From a virus, in IMG/VR virus record IMGVR_UViG_3300032893_000008, positions 32,001 to 96,000 of that record: DNA of 64,000 bases, one strand, 5' to 3'. The notes beneath the pieces are model-generated. The model saw only the letters and a program-made list of their open reading frames with translations, was not told the origin of the DNA and did not search any database. Shown here piece by piece: positions 1 through 8,238 of this stretch (position 1 is its first letter; every line of letters starts with the position of its first letter). Position numbers and translations under genes: made by a program.

Positions 1-1764
1 CTTCTTCGCCTGCGCGGCCGCGTCCTTAGCCATGGTGGCGAAGTCGAGGTCCGCGTTGTCGAGCGCGCGATCAGCGATCTCCTGCTTGGACACAAGGATC
101 TGGGCCATACGGGCGTCGAGCGAGCCATCGAACACCAAGTGGACGACCTGGACAGACTCGGTCTGACCGATACGATTGGCACGATCTTCGGCCTGGGACA
201 CCCGACCGGGGACCCAGTCAAGTTCCGCGAAGACCACCTTGGAGGCGGCCGTGAGGGTGATTCCGACGCCAGCGGCCTGGATCTGACCAACGAAAACCTG
301 GACCGAGGCATCGGTCTGGAAGCGATCGACCGCGGTCTGTTTCTCATTCGCGTTGTTCCGACCGGTGAGCACCACCGCTGCATCACCGAACTCAGCCGCG
401 ATTCCGTCGATCACGTCGAGATGATGGGCGAAGACGATGACCTTCTTGACGCCCGCTTCGATCATATCATTGACATAGGACACGACGTAAGGGATCTTGG
501 CGATCGCGACTTCGTGCCGGAGCGAAGACATCGCGGCGAACGCGAGTGCCATCTTGTTCGTGAGCCGAGAAACCGCGGCCTTGTAAGCGTCCTCGTCCCC
601 AACGGCCTTGGCAAGTTCCACTTCGGCGCGAGCAGTCTCGATCTCGTCGTTGTAGCCGGCGAATTCCTCACTCTCCTCGTCGATGAGGTGAGCGACCCCT
701 TCGGACGGGAGGTGGACGACCTGGCGGACCTTCTTGGGGAGTTCCTTGAGGACCTCGGTCTTGAGGCGGCGCACCATCACCGTCGACCGGAGGGTAGCCT
801 GAAGCTCCTCAAGGTTGGAGGCGCCGGAGAAGTCCCACACGGGCTTGGACTTGCCGGGGACGAATTCCGTATGGGCGTTGCAGAAGCGCTTCGCGTAGAA
901 CCAGAAGGGGAACTTCTCAGGAGCGCAGGCCCGGAGGAGGGGATGAAACTCGATCGGACGATTCTCGATCGGCGTGCCGGTGAGGAAAAGGACCTTCTTG
1001 GCCCTGGACACGAGACCGGGGGCCTGGGGGTCGTCCTCGCGGCCAAGGACGGCAACGGAGCGCTGGGCCTTGGGGTTCTTGAGGTATTGAGCTTCGTCCG
1101 CAACGAGAAGGTCCCAGTTGCGCGCCATGAGGGCGGTGTGAACGACCTTCGCCGGCTTGCCGACGAGCTTGTCGTAATTGACGATGACGAAGTTGGAGTC
1201 GTAGTCGGGCGCTTCGGTCTCGTTGATGACCTGGATCTTGAAGTCACGCGTGAGCCACTTCTGGGCCTCACGCTTCCAGTTGATCCGGAGCGTGTTCGGG
1301 CAGATCATGAGGACGGTCTGGATCGAGGGATCGGCGTTGACGAGCCCGGCGGTCTGGATCGTCTTGCCAAGGCCCATGTCGTCGCCGTTGACCACGCCCT
1401 TGAAGGTCTTGAGGGCGTTGACCATGTAGGCGACGCCAGCCTTCTGGAAGGGGCGATAGGCGAGGCCCTCGGGCGCCGGGACCTCAAACGCGGAATCCTG
1501 AGCGTGGGAAGCCTTGACGGTTTCCACGGTAGCAGCGATCGCCACCTTAGCAGCGTCATCGGCGAACTCGGCAAGGCGAGCAGCGATTTCCTTGCGATCG
1601 GTCCACCAGACCTTGCCGAGCTGGGTCGCGCAGGCATTGCAGCCCTTGTAGCAATTTCCGCCGTGCCAACGGAAACCCGCGGCCTTGGGGATATGCTTCT
1701 CGGCGAACGAGGATTCCGCCACGAAGACCGTGATCGACTCGAACGTCTTGCTCGTGAGCTTCAT
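1..1764 (-). CDS. SNF2/SMARCAL1(HARP)-like helicase/ATPase, runs off the left edge of the window
   Basis: Absent from the ORF track. Manual minus-strand translation from ATG 1764 gives MKLTSKTFES...LAYRPFQKAGVAYM...NGDDMGLGKTIQT, matching the SNF2 Q motif and Walker A. A promoter lies 6 nt upstream. Confidence 0.9.
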   Translation of the reverse strand, partial: MKLTSKTFESITVFVAESSFAEKHIPKAAGFRWHGGNCYKGCNACATQLGKVWWTDRKEIAARLAEFADDAAKVAIAATVETVKASHAQDSAFEVPAPEGLAYRPFQKAGVAYMVNALKTFKGVVNGDDMGLGKTIQTAGLVNADPSIQTVLMICPNTLRINWKREAQKWLTRDFKIQVINETEAPDYDSNFVIVNYDKLVGKPAKVVHTALMARNWDLLVADEAQYLKNPKAQRSVAVLGREDDPQAPGLVSRAKKVLFLTGTPIENRPIEFHPLLRACAPEKFPFWFYAKRFCNAHTEFVPGKSKPVWDFSGASNLEELQATLRSTVMVRRLKTEVLKELPKKVRQVVHLPSEGVAHLIDEESEEFAGYNDEIETARAEVELAKAVGDEDAYKAAVSRLTNKMALAFAAMSSLRHEVAIAKIPYVVSYVNDMIEAGVKKVIVFAHHLDVIDGIAAEFGDAAVVLTGRNNANEKQTAVDRFQTDASVQVFVGQIQAAGVGITLTAASKVVFAELDWVPGRVSQAEDRANRIGQTESVQVVHLVFDGSLDARMAQILVSKQEIADRALDNADLDFATMAKDAAAQAKK

Positions 1765-1770
1765 GACTAC

Positions 1771-1799
1771 ATGATGCCACCCCGAGAGGGCACCGTCAA
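1771..1799 (-). promoter_or_regulatory. sigma70-type promoter for a leaderless SNF2 helicase mRNA
   Basis: TTGACG (1799-1794), 17-nt spacer, CATCAT (1776-1771), 6 nt, ATG 1764. Confidence 0.65.
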
Positions 1800-1800
1800 C

Positions 1801-1829
1801 AAAAAAAAAGCGCCCCCCTGGAGGGCGCT
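1801..1829 (-). terminator. Rho-independent terminator
   Basis: Minus strand AGCGCCCTCCAGGGGGGCGC hairpin followed by a T9 run. Confidence 0.85.
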
Positions 1830-1987
1830 CGGACTCACCGGCCCGGCCTCCAGCGGCCCACCGTCTGTCGTCCTACTGGCGGGTTTTAGGCCGCCGATGT
1901 TACCCCCGCTATCATCCTTGCCGGGTGAGCCTGCGTGGTTCGCGACGCCACATAGCTCTATACCCAACTCCGAAACGCGGGGAGGTC
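1830..1987 (-). ncRNA. candidate structured RNA / attenuator region
   Basis: Nested pairings CCCCGC/GCGGGG, GTTGGGT/ACCCGGC, GAGC/GCTC, TGTGG/CCACG, then a GGCGG/CCGCC hairpin. This is a ~160-nt gap in an otherwise tightly packed genome. Confidence 0.5.
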
Positions 1988-2074
1988 TTACTTCCTGAAT
2001 CTGAAGAACTTCGTGATGGCTTCCAACGCCCGACCGATCGTGCCGGCTACCACTCCCAATGCGAAGATTGGCAT
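1988..2074 (-). CDS. 28-aa amphipathic, basic-tailed peptide MPIFALGVVAGTIGRALEAITKFFRFRK
   Basis: Manual translation. Preceded by TATAAT (2096-2091) and a GAGG Shine-Dalgarno. Confidence 0.55.
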   Translation of the reverse strand: MPIFALGVVAGTIGRALEAITKFFRFRK

Positions 2075-2091
2075 CTAAACCTCTAACTCGA

Positions 2092-2526
2092 TTATACGCC
2101 AGGCGACGAGGCTAGTTTTAGGTCCGAACGAATTTTCATGAGGAGCTTGCCCAGGCGGTTCTCCCCCTGCCCCTGATAGACGCCCCAGAAGCGATCGCCC
2201 CAGGTGTTGCCTTCGACCAGCTCTTCATCGCCCGTGGCCAGGAGCTTCGCCTTCAGTTCGGGGTTCTGGAACTTCTGCCGGAGGAGATCTTCCATCACCG
2301 ACATGGAAATATCGTGCCAGTCCTCGCGCACTGACAGAAGTTTGGCAGCTCGCTTGGCCATGCCTGGCGTCGGCTGCTTCAAGATCGCCTGGCGCGCGAC
2401 GTAGCTCAGAGTCTTCGCCGCCTGGTAAGCGTGCTCGACCGTCGGGTAGACGATACCGTCGAGCTTCACTTCAGCCGGCCAGAAGTTCGACAGCCAGCGA
2501 TAATCCCCCTGGAACGAAGCGATCAC
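2092..2526 (-). CDS. NADAR family (YbiA-like) hydrolase
   Basis: Motifs LSNFWP, YPTVEHAYQAAK, KF-Q, LLATGDEELVE, DRFWG, GENRLGKLLM. Confidence 0.93.
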   Translation of the reverse strand: MIASFQGDYRWLSNFWPAEVKLDGIVYPTVEHAYQAAKTLSYVARQAILKQPTPGMAKRAAKLLSVREDWHDISMSVMEDLLRQKFQNPELKAKLLATGDEELVEGNTWGDRFWGVYQGQGENRLGKLLMKIRSDLKLASSPGV

Positions 2527-2795
2527 TTACGTCTCCGAGTGCGGACAGGCTGGAGAATCGTGCCGGATTCGTCGATCCCCTCGATACGTCGCATAGCCTT
2601 CTCGTGCCGTTCGTAAGAATTGTTTTGCCGCTTGATGCCGAGATCATCCGAAAGCGCACCCTTAGCACTACGTAAATCGCGTAGTATCGAATTCTCGAAT
2701 CCGTCTCCTTTGTAAGCTTCCTTGAGGAGAGTTTCCGCCTTCACCATAAGTTGAAGCGCTTCATTGAGCTTGGCGATGTGACGAGTCGAAATCAC
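2523..2795 (-). CDS. hypothetical protein
   Basis: 90-aa ORF with 4-nt overlaps to both neighbours. Confidence 0.7.
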   Translation of the reverse strand: MISTRHIAKLNEALQLMVKAETLLKEAYKGDGFENSILRDLRSAKGALSDDLGIKRQNNSYERHEKAMRRIEGIDESGTILQPVRTRRRK

Positions 2796-3190
2796 GGACG
2801 AACCCCTCCCCAGATTTTGGTAAGCACCTGACTATCGGGACGTTCTACCCTGATTCCGTGAGCCTTCAGGAGATTTAGCATGCGATCGGCGCCGGCGGGA
2901 TTGCCGGTGTGAACGTAGACCTTGCCGTGGAACTTCATGCCGGCCAGCATCTGAGCGACCACAAAGAAAGTCGGGACATTGCTGCCGGAGCCCTGATTCC
3001 ACATCAGTCGGACAGGACCGCCATCACCAGCATCGTGATCCAGCCAGACCTCGGTGATATCGAACTGGAGCAAGGCCGAGCAAGCAGTCTCCGAATCACC
3101 AGTCCAAATCGTGCCAGCGGCTTCCTTCTCGGGAAAAGCACGGTTGAAGTTGATATAGCGCTGCTCTAGATCGTCGACAAAGAGAATCAT
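2792..3190 (-). CDS. cyclic-phosphate-processing receiver (cREC-like) domain protein
   Basis: Start reassigned to ATG 3190. MILFVDD...EVWLDHDAG...VYVHTGNPAGADRM pattern. Confidence 0.75.
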   Translation of the reverse strand: MILFVDDLEQRYINFNRAFPEKEAAGTIWTGDSETACSALLQFDITEVWLDHDAGDGGPVRLMWNQGSGSNVPTFFVVAQMLAGMKFHGKVYVHTGNPAGADRMLNLLKAHGIRVERPDSQVLTKIWGGVRP

Positions 3191-3191
3191 T

Positions 3192-3395
3192 TCAATGCTC
3201 CAGATACGAAGTGCCTCGGCAGAGCGTGTGCACCGCCCGACGCTCGCCACGGGGAATTCCTCTGAGGGGATTTTTCGGGGTCCAGACCGAACTAGCATCC
3301 ATAAGCCTTCCGCAGTGGACGCAAGCCAGCATGTTCTTGAAATAGCGTGCGCCGGCGACGCCGGTATTGAAGACCTCGATGACGTCAGGCGGCAC
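3192..3395 (-). CDS. small Cys/His (possible Zn-binding) hypothetical protein
   Basis: CVHC...HTLC motifs; fills the gap between the sigma factor and the cREC gene. Confidence 0.6.
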   Translation of the reverse strand: MPPDVIEVFNTGVAGARYFKNMLACVHCGRLMDASSVWTPKNPLRGIPRGERRAVHTLCRGTSYLEH

Positions 3396-4059
3396 GACGA
3401 AGTTCCTCGAAAAGAGACCTTAGATGGCACAAGAACTTGATTTCGCCCTTGCGCATAGTTTCCTCGCTTTTCCCGTGGGTTACAGCCATACGGGCCAGGG
3501 AGACCGGATCATCAGACATGATCCGAGCTTGCAGGAAATGCTTCTCCACAGGGGTAAAAGGAATTGCCTGCAAGCGCTGATTCACTCGATGACGAAGCTC
3601 TTCTCCCTGGAATTGCTCTTCGGGAGTGGGTTCCTCAGATCCGATGGTATCCCCGAGCGCTAGCTCATCCTCGTCGTGCTTGGGAAGATGGATCGGCACC
3701 AGAGAAGTCGATCGCTTGTCGCGGGTCGCACTCTTAGCCAAATTCTGATAGCGACAAAGAACCGCGAGATTGGTCCAGGTGACGATATTGGAGCCAGCGC
3801 CAATCTTGAAGGAATCCACTGCATACATCGCAGCGATAGCGCCTTCCTGAATCAAATCGGACAGCTCAAAAAGCTTCCCCGACGGCGTCCGGGAGAACTT
3901 CCCCGCGAGCTTCAGAACAAGAGGAAGCACTGATTCCACCACGCGCTTACGAGCTTCGGGATCGGTTTTTACGCGAGTCAGTAGCTCGTCACGCTCCTCT
4001 CTATCGAGGATAACGTGCTTTCGAGCTAGAGCGTCAGCGTAGATCTTGATGATGTCCAC
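3385..4059 (-). CDS. sigma-70 family RNA polymerase sigma factor
   Basis: Region 1.2/2-like ARKRVVESVLPLVLKLAGKF...SDLIQEGAIAAMYAVDSF; region 4-like HTH SLARMAVTHGKSEETMRK. Confidence 0.85.
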   Translation of the reverse strand: MDIIKIYADALARKHVILDREERDELLTRVKTDPEARKRVVESVLPLVLKLAGKFSRTPSGKLFELSDLIQEGAIAAMYAVDSFKIGAGSNIVTWTNLAVLCRYQNLAKSATRDKRSTSLVPIHLPKHDEDELALGDTIGSEEPTPEEQFQGEELRHRVNQRLQAIPFTPVEKHFLQARIMSDDPVSLARMAVTHGKSEETMRKGEIKFLCHLRSLFEELRRAA

Positions 4060-4092
4060 GGAGGTATTCTACCGCCGCTGGACAAGTTTAGT

Positions 4093-4935
4093 TCAAGAAC
4101 CTTGCTGTGACTTCCATTCGTTGTGATCCCTGGAAACGAACGAGATAGCTCCGCCCTTGAAGCCCCACCCCTTCGGAAGCTCTAGAAGGAAGTGCCGTTC
4201 GTTAGGGTGCGTCACGCCGATCGTAGGCTTCCAGTCGGCGGCCTTGCGACCGTAGTTCGCTCCGTTCGCCAAGAGATCCGACAAACGGTAGACCTTAGGT
4301 GTGATGCCATCCGACAAAAACCAGAAGCGCAGACAGTGCTTACACGTCTTGTCATCGTGGGGGCCAGACTTGTATACGTAAATGTCACTCGGAGACTTGG
4401 AGCGATTGTTCTCGACGATCGCGTCGAAAGCTCCCAGGTTCGTGGCCTGCGCCAATTCGGTAGTTACTACACGATCCCAGTCCTTGAACAGGTCACCGGT
4501 CTTCTCCCGGAGGAGACGCGCGATTTCTCGATTCGTCTTCTTGCCGGCGCCAGCGGCTAGATCCTCCCGAGTGTAGGCGATCATCTGGTTTCGATGATCT
4601 ATGAGCTTCACAGCCACGGATTGCGTGAGATCGGTCACAGCTTTTTCCGTGAACTTGTCGATCAGGTCGCCAGCCGTAGAATGAATATGTTTGAGGGCAT
4701 AGTCCCGGATCTGTTTACGAGACTGAGGCTGACGGAGAAGATCCAGGTGGCTCTTGAGATAGATGTCCGTTACCGTGGGCGCACTCAGGTCAGACTTGCG
4801 CACCAGACCAGTGGCCACGAGGCGTTTGCGCTCGCTCGCAGTAAGCGCGCTCACCCCGAGGACCCTAAACTTCAGGTAGAGACTGTAGCCCTCGATGATT
4901 ACGCGGATTTTATTCCGAATCCGACTCGTCGCCAT
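4093..4935 (-). CDS. head morphogenesis / minor capsid protein (Mu gpF, SPP1 gp7-like)
   Basis: WDRVVTTELAQATN, DDKTCKHC and THPNERH motifs; directly downstream of the portal. Start is probably ATG 4935. Confidence 0.75.
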   Translation of the reverse strand: MATSRIRNKIRVIIEGYSLYLKFRVLGVSALTASERKRLVATGLVRKSDLSAPTVTDIYLKSHLDLLRQPQSRKQIRDYALKHIHSTAGDLIDKFTEKAVTDLTQSVAVKLIDHRNQMIAYTREDLAAGAGKKTNREIARLLREKTGDLFKDWDRVVTTELAQATNLGAFDAIVENNRSKSPSDIYVYKSGPHDDKTCKHCLRFWFLSDGITPKVYRLSDLLANGANYGRKAADWKPTIGVTHPNERHFLLELPKGWGFKGGAISFVSRDHNEWKSQQGS

Positions 4936-7186
4936 CGGTAACCCCACCCGGCTTGAGGGCGTTCAGGATATCGCGCACCATCGGCTCCTTGACCCGGTTG
5001 AATGCCTGGAGGTGCGCCTTACGGGCACGTTCCAGCTCACCGTCCAAAGACTTTACCTTATCGTGCTGATGCCGGATAACGGAATCAGCTTTAGCCAGGG
5101 ACTCTTTAGGCGCCCAGCCCATCGAGGCGGCCTTGCGCATAATACCTAGGCTGGAACGAACTACCCGCGGGTCAATGCGCCGCTGACGATAGTAGTTCGA
5201 CTTCGCTAGCTCTTGAGCTTTCCGAAGCGTTTGGCGCGGCGAGCGCGCCGTTTTGCGGACCGGAGCGCTTTCCCCGCTTTCTCCTTCCGCTCCAGCTCCA
5301 GCACCCTGGTCAGGAGCTTCTCCGCCCGACGACTCATCTCCGGGCTCTCCCCCAAAGCCTTCATCGCCTTCCTCAGACGCTTCAGCTCCGTCTTCGCCGT
5401 CCGCTTCTTCGTCACCGAATTCCCCGCCGCCGCCCAAACCAGCCTGGGCTTCTGCCATCATCGCCTGCTGCTCTGCCTGCATGATCAGCTGCAAATTCTC
5501 CAGATAGAGAGGATCCGCGATGTAATTGAACTCCGGATTCTCGCTATCCCCGACGTATCCTAGGAGAAATTCTCGAATTTCGCCGACTTTGTGAAGCTGG
5601 ATAAGTCCCTGGTAATACGAGGGATTACAAATGATATCGCCACTGAGAACGGGATCCTGCCCGGACTCGCGGCGGATGTCATTGACACTGGATCGAACCC
5701 CAATCTCAGCCGTCTGGCGGTTAATCTCCTCGGCCTTGGACTCGATCTCCAAACCGACAAACGAGAAGCGATATTTGGCGGCGAACTCTTCGGAGACATT
5801 CGGAATGATGTCTTCGTTGATGATCGTCTCGATCCAGGTGAGGAGCGGCTTGAGGCCACGGACCTGGGAGTGCTGGATCTTAGTGTCATTGTCTTCAGAG
5901 CCTAGGCCGCCCTGCCCCTGACCGCGGCCGAGGTGCTCAAATCCAATCTCGACGGGGCTGATGGCGAAGATCGCGCTTAGCGTCCGGATGATGTGATCGA
6001 TGTAGACCGAATACTCCATGTCTCGGTTGGTGGCCGAGAGGGGAATCCACTCCACACCGTCGACGCCGGCAATGATAGGCGTGCGCCAGGAATTCTCGTT
6101 ACCAGAGACCTGAGCATACCACTGGGCCCGGAACGCCTGAAGCTGAGAAGGCGAAACATCGCCGGCGATGTGGATCAAACCGCGAGAGGCAAAACCGTGA
6201 GTGAAGAAAAGCTTGTTGTAGTTCTCGGCCTGAAGGTGACCTGTGATGACCAGCGTGGCCATCTCCAGCTCACCGATGCAATAGCCGTTGTTTTCGATGA
6301 AGTTCTGGGGATTGCCGAGCTTGTAGATCAGCTCTTTGCCCGTGAAGGTCTGGTGAACACGACCGTTAACGACCTGGACGAACTCGATGTCTTCGTTGTC
6401 ATCACGCTGGCGCTCACGATCTTCCTGAGCATCCATCAGGTCAGCCATCTCCTTCGTGGAGGCGCTTCCTTGGGACATCAGAGCATTCTGGGACGCTTCA
6501 GCCTGAGCAATGATCTCCTTCGGGAGACGCTTGTTAGCGAAGTAGATCGACTCGGTAGGCGCCGGCAGGAACGAATGGATACCACCGAGATGATTGCGAA
6601 TGGTTTCGATCGCGGCCGCGCCAAACGTCAGGCGGTCACGAATCATGAGCCGGAGGAAGGTATCGAAGTCCATCTTCGACTTCGGGTCGCGATCTTCGTT
6701 GGAACCGCAGTTCCGAATGTAGTCAGTCAGCCAAGCAATCTCGGCCTCTTCCTCAGAACCCGGTTTCACCTCAACAGAAGGATCGCGCGGCGTGAATCGG
6801 AAGCCTGGATCGTAGCGATTCTCCTGGGGCTTGGAGAAGCGAGCGATCTGATTGATACGAGTCTGGAAAATGGCCGCCACGATCGGGTCGCGGAGGGACA
6901 TTTCCTTAAGCACCTTGTTCGACAGGTGCGAGTAACGCGGACGATAAACGCCGTAGCCGCCTTCGCCGATCGAAGGCATGATCGACGGATCGACCAGAGA
7001 GGCGCGACGATAACGGTAACGCTGGCGATTGAGGGCATCGGTGATCGATCCCTCGGCTTCAGCTTTAGCTAGATCGAACTCCGCACGCTGAGCGGCAGCG
7101 TCTGCCATAGCCTGCGCACGCGCATCCTCAGCTAGCTCATGAAGGCGGCGATCAATGTTGCCGCTGAACTTGTCAAGAATACCCAC
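4910..7186 (-). CDS. phage portal protein
   Basis: GELEMATLVI, YNKLFFTHG, LQAFRAQW, NRDMEYSVYI, SAIFAISPVEIGF and GLKPLL motifs; located next to the terminase. Confidence 0.9.
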   Translation of the reverse strand: MGILDKFSGNIDRRLHELAEDARAQAMADAAAQRAEFDLAKAEAEGSITDALNRQRYRYRRASLVDPSIMPSIGEGGYGVYRPRYSHLSNKVLKEMSLRDPIVAAIFQTRINQIARFSKPQENRYDPGFRFTPRDPSVEVKPGSEEEAEIAWLTDYIRNCGSNEDRDPKSKMDFDTFLRLMIRDRLTFGAAAIETIRNHLGGIHSFLPAPTESIYFANKRLPKEIIAQAEASQNALMSQGSASTKEMADLMDAQEDRERQRDDNEDIEFVQVVNGRVHQTFTGKELIYKLGNPQNFIENNGYCIGELEMATLVITGHLQAENYNKLFFTHGFASRGLIHIAGDVSPSQLQAFRAQWYAQVSGNENSWRTPIIAGVDGVEWIPLSATNRDMEYSVYIDHIIRTLSAIFAISPVEIGFEHLGRGQGQGGLGSEDNDTKIQHSQVRGLKPLLTWIETIINEDIIPNVSEEFAAKYRFSFVGLEIESKAEEINRQTAEIGVRSSVNDIRRESGQDPVLSGDIICNPSYYQGLIQLHKVGEIREFLLGYVGDSENPEFNYIADPLYLENLQLIMQAEQQAMMAEAQAGLGGGGEFGDEEADGEDGAEASEEGDEGFGGEPGDESSGGEAPDQGAGAGAEGESGESAPVRKTARSPRQTLRKAQELAKSNYYRQRRIDPRVVRSSLGIMRKAASMGWAPKESLAKADSVIRHQHDKVKSLDGELERARKAHLQAFNRVKEPMVRDILNALKPGGVTDGDESDSE

Positions 7187-7194
7187 TGGGTTCC

Positions 7195-8202
7195 TTACTC
7201 GGCGAGGATGACTTTGCAGTCAGCCGGCGTGATACCGTTATTCGCGATCGTTAGACTGAAGACTTGTCCGCGCTGCAGGTAGATGCCTACCTGACTGCGA
7301 TCCGATGAAGCGATTGGTTCGACCTGGACGTGATCAGAAGTATCTCCATTCAGCCGCAGGGATACCTTCTGATCAGATTCCAGATAGAGCCACTTCCAGA
7401 CGGACGGATAGAAAACGACACCATCCGACGCACCGATGGTGATTGGCCCCTCGGGGATCCCGGGATTCCCGTTAGACACATCGAAGTAGTTCGCGGTAAC
7501 TTTAGTAACTTCGAAGGCACCGCGGTTCTCGATGTTGAAAGCGGTCGACTGAACCAAAGCTTCGTCTTCTACCTGCACGCCAGCGGCAGAGAAAACTGCA
7601 AACGGAGGCAGGCTATCGCCACGGGAGCCGACAGTAATCGGGCCTTCCGCCACGCCGTCGCCGTCAACGGAAAGGACCTCTACGTAACTAGTGGCGACCG
7701 TCACGATCGTTCGGACCCCCTGGTTCAGGGGATTGAAAGGGCTCAGGACCGCGGGAGTAGTGCTTTCCACGTTGAGCTGGTCACCAACCACCACACCACC
7801 GGTGACAAAGTTCGGGGCCGTTCCGCCAGTCGCCGTGAAGCGAATCACGTTACCGGTCTTGGTGACCGTGTATTGAGTCGTAGCGTCTCCGCCGATCGAT
7901 CGAGCAGTGCGGAGGACTGGATTGGTGCCGCCGGCGAAAGCAAAACGGAATGTATTCGCGTTCGGATCCGGCTGAGTGACCGTGTATTGGGTCGTAGCAT
8001 CCTGGGACAGAACCCGGGCAGTGGAAGCCACCAGCAGACTGCCACCGGCGGGGACCAAAACCCTACGGTCCAGGTCGTTACCAGTAACCACCCCCTCAAA
8101 CTGACGGTCCCAGTCCGCGTCACGGAGCTTTGGGGATAGCGTCTTCGCGGAATCGCTGTAAACTGCGAGCTTCAGGAAAAGGTTCAGGAATTGGCCGGCC
8201 AT
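7195..8202 (-). CDS. beta-rich virion structural protein with internal repeats
   Basis: DATTQYTVT x2 and EGPIT(V/I)G x2. Start is probably ATG 8202 with a GGAG SD, because the track ATG overlaps the -10 box at 8230-8225. Confidence 0.6.
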   Translation of the reverse strand: MAGQFLNLFLKLAVYSDSAKTLSPKLRDADWDRQFEGVVTGNDLDRRVLVPAGGSLLVASTARVLSQDATTQYTVTQPDPNANTFRFAFAGGTNPVLRTARSIGGDATTQYTVTKTGNVIRFTATGGTAPNFVTGGVVVGDQLNVESTTPAVLSPFNPLNQGVRTIVTVATSYVEVLSVDGDGVAEGPITVGSRGDSLPPFAVFSAAGVQVEDEALVQSTAFNIENRGAFEVTKVTANYFDVSNGNPGIPEGPITIGASDGVVFYPSVWKWLYLESDQKVSLRLNGDTSDHVQVEPIASSDRSQVGIYLQRGQVFSLTIANNGITPADCKVILAE

Positions 8203-8238
8203 CGAGTTTTTTGCTCCGACCGGCATTCTACCACGTGG

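Noticed and set aside
139-1998. 619-aa plus-strand ORF
   Set aside because: It is the antisense shadow of the SNF2 helicase and has no recognisable motifs; codon bias suppresses stops in this frame
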